Shown: piece after piece, positions 23,450 to 23,706 of the stretch
How the letters are laid out: each line of letters starts with the position of its first letter
Position numbering within the stretch: position 1 is the first letter of the stretch
DNA from: Candidatus Eiseniibacteriota bacterium
GTDB lineage: Bacteria; Eisenbacteria; RBG-16-71-46
DNA length: 23,706 nt
Direction: 5' to 3'
NCBI GenBank assembly: GCA_031366795.1
Contig: JANLOX010000410.1
Span: 1-23,706 of the forward strand
Notes under the pieces: generated by a model
Seen by the model: the letters and a program-made list of their open reading frames with translations, nothing else
Databases searched by the model: none
Told to the model about the DNA's origin: nothing
Translations under genes and position numbers: made by a program

Positions 23450-23706
23450 AGACCCCCCGGCTGTGCCGGGGAGGCAGTCTTAGTTTGACAGTTCCGGGAG
23501 CAAAAAGTGGAACTCCCCCTCGTGAGCCGCCAAAGCCACACGAGAAGGAGTTCCGATGGACGACTACAGAAGTCTTAATCACACGCGCTGGGAATGCAAG
23601 TACCACGTGGTGTTCATCCCGAAGTGCCGGCGGAAGTCGCTTTACGCAGAGCTGCGGAAGCAGCTAGGACCGCTGTTCCGGGCGCTGGCAGAGCATCGGG
23701 AGTGCA
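23450..23706 (+). mobile_element. Left end of an IS200/IS605-family element (exact boundary uncertain; continues beyond the window)
   Basis: Subterminal hairpin CCCCGGC-TGT-GCCGGGG (23455-23471), an RBS-covering hairpin (23509-23554) and the tnpA start. Confidence 0.85.
23556..23706 (+). CDS. tnpA: IS200/IS605-family Y1 transposase TnpA, 3'-truncated by the window edge; absent from the ORF track
   Basis: RBS AAGGAG at 23545-23550 and ATG at 23556. It translates as MDDYRSLNHTRWECKYHVVFIPKCRRKSLYAELRKQLGPLFRALAEHREC, matching the IS200 TnpA N-terminal pattern CKYHVVFxPKxRRK. Confidence 0.93.
   Translation, partial: MDDYRSLNHTRWECKYHVVFIPKCRRKSLYAELRKQLGPLFRALAEHREC

Noticed and set aside
23485..23667. 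60-aa ORF in the track
   Set aside because: It is in the wrong frame. The real coding frame is tnpA from ATG 23556.
1..23706. Long alternative-frame and antisense ORFs (for example 16..948, 2183..3916, 5808..7658, 11865..13286, 15615..16622)
   Set aside because: They are Arg/Ala/Pro-rich shadows of well-supported genes in GC-rich DNA and have no recognisable motifs.
1..23706. CRISPR array, tRNA, rRNA or anti-phage defence genes
   Set aside because: I saw no regularly spaced direct repeats, cloverleaf or rRNA signatures, or recognisable defence domains.

Overview
GC-rich bacterial window. The phylum is inferred only from protein style: FlgD-Ig/T9SS-like C-terminal domains and a C-terminal TWGxxKxxYR tail suggest an FCB-related lineage such as Eisenbacteria, Latescibacteria or Krumholzibacteria. 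From left to right it holds a 5'-truncated MFS transporter; a secreted non-catalytic protein with two CBM20-like modules and a TWGKLKLMYR tail; a secreted helical (alpha/alpha toroid-like) protein with a CTD; a stand-alone HDOD protein; two tandem paralogous secreted alpha/alpha-toroid-like proteins with CTDs; an Oar-like TonB-dependent receptor; a SAM methyltransferase; engB/yihA followed by yciH/SUI1; a compact TlpA-DUF4266-DUF3570-ApbE flavinylation operon on the minus strand; a 1550-aa multidomain M43 metalloprotease; a doubly deleted IS1182-type element with intact ends; and the left end of an IS200-type element that the ORF track misses. The most notable points are two candidate C-terminal sorting signals in one locus, a SusD-less PUL-like cluster of uncharacterised enzymes, an ApbE lacking a signal peptide, and RNA structures that may gate translation or read-through. 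All family assignments come from motif recognition by eye; no database searches were run.
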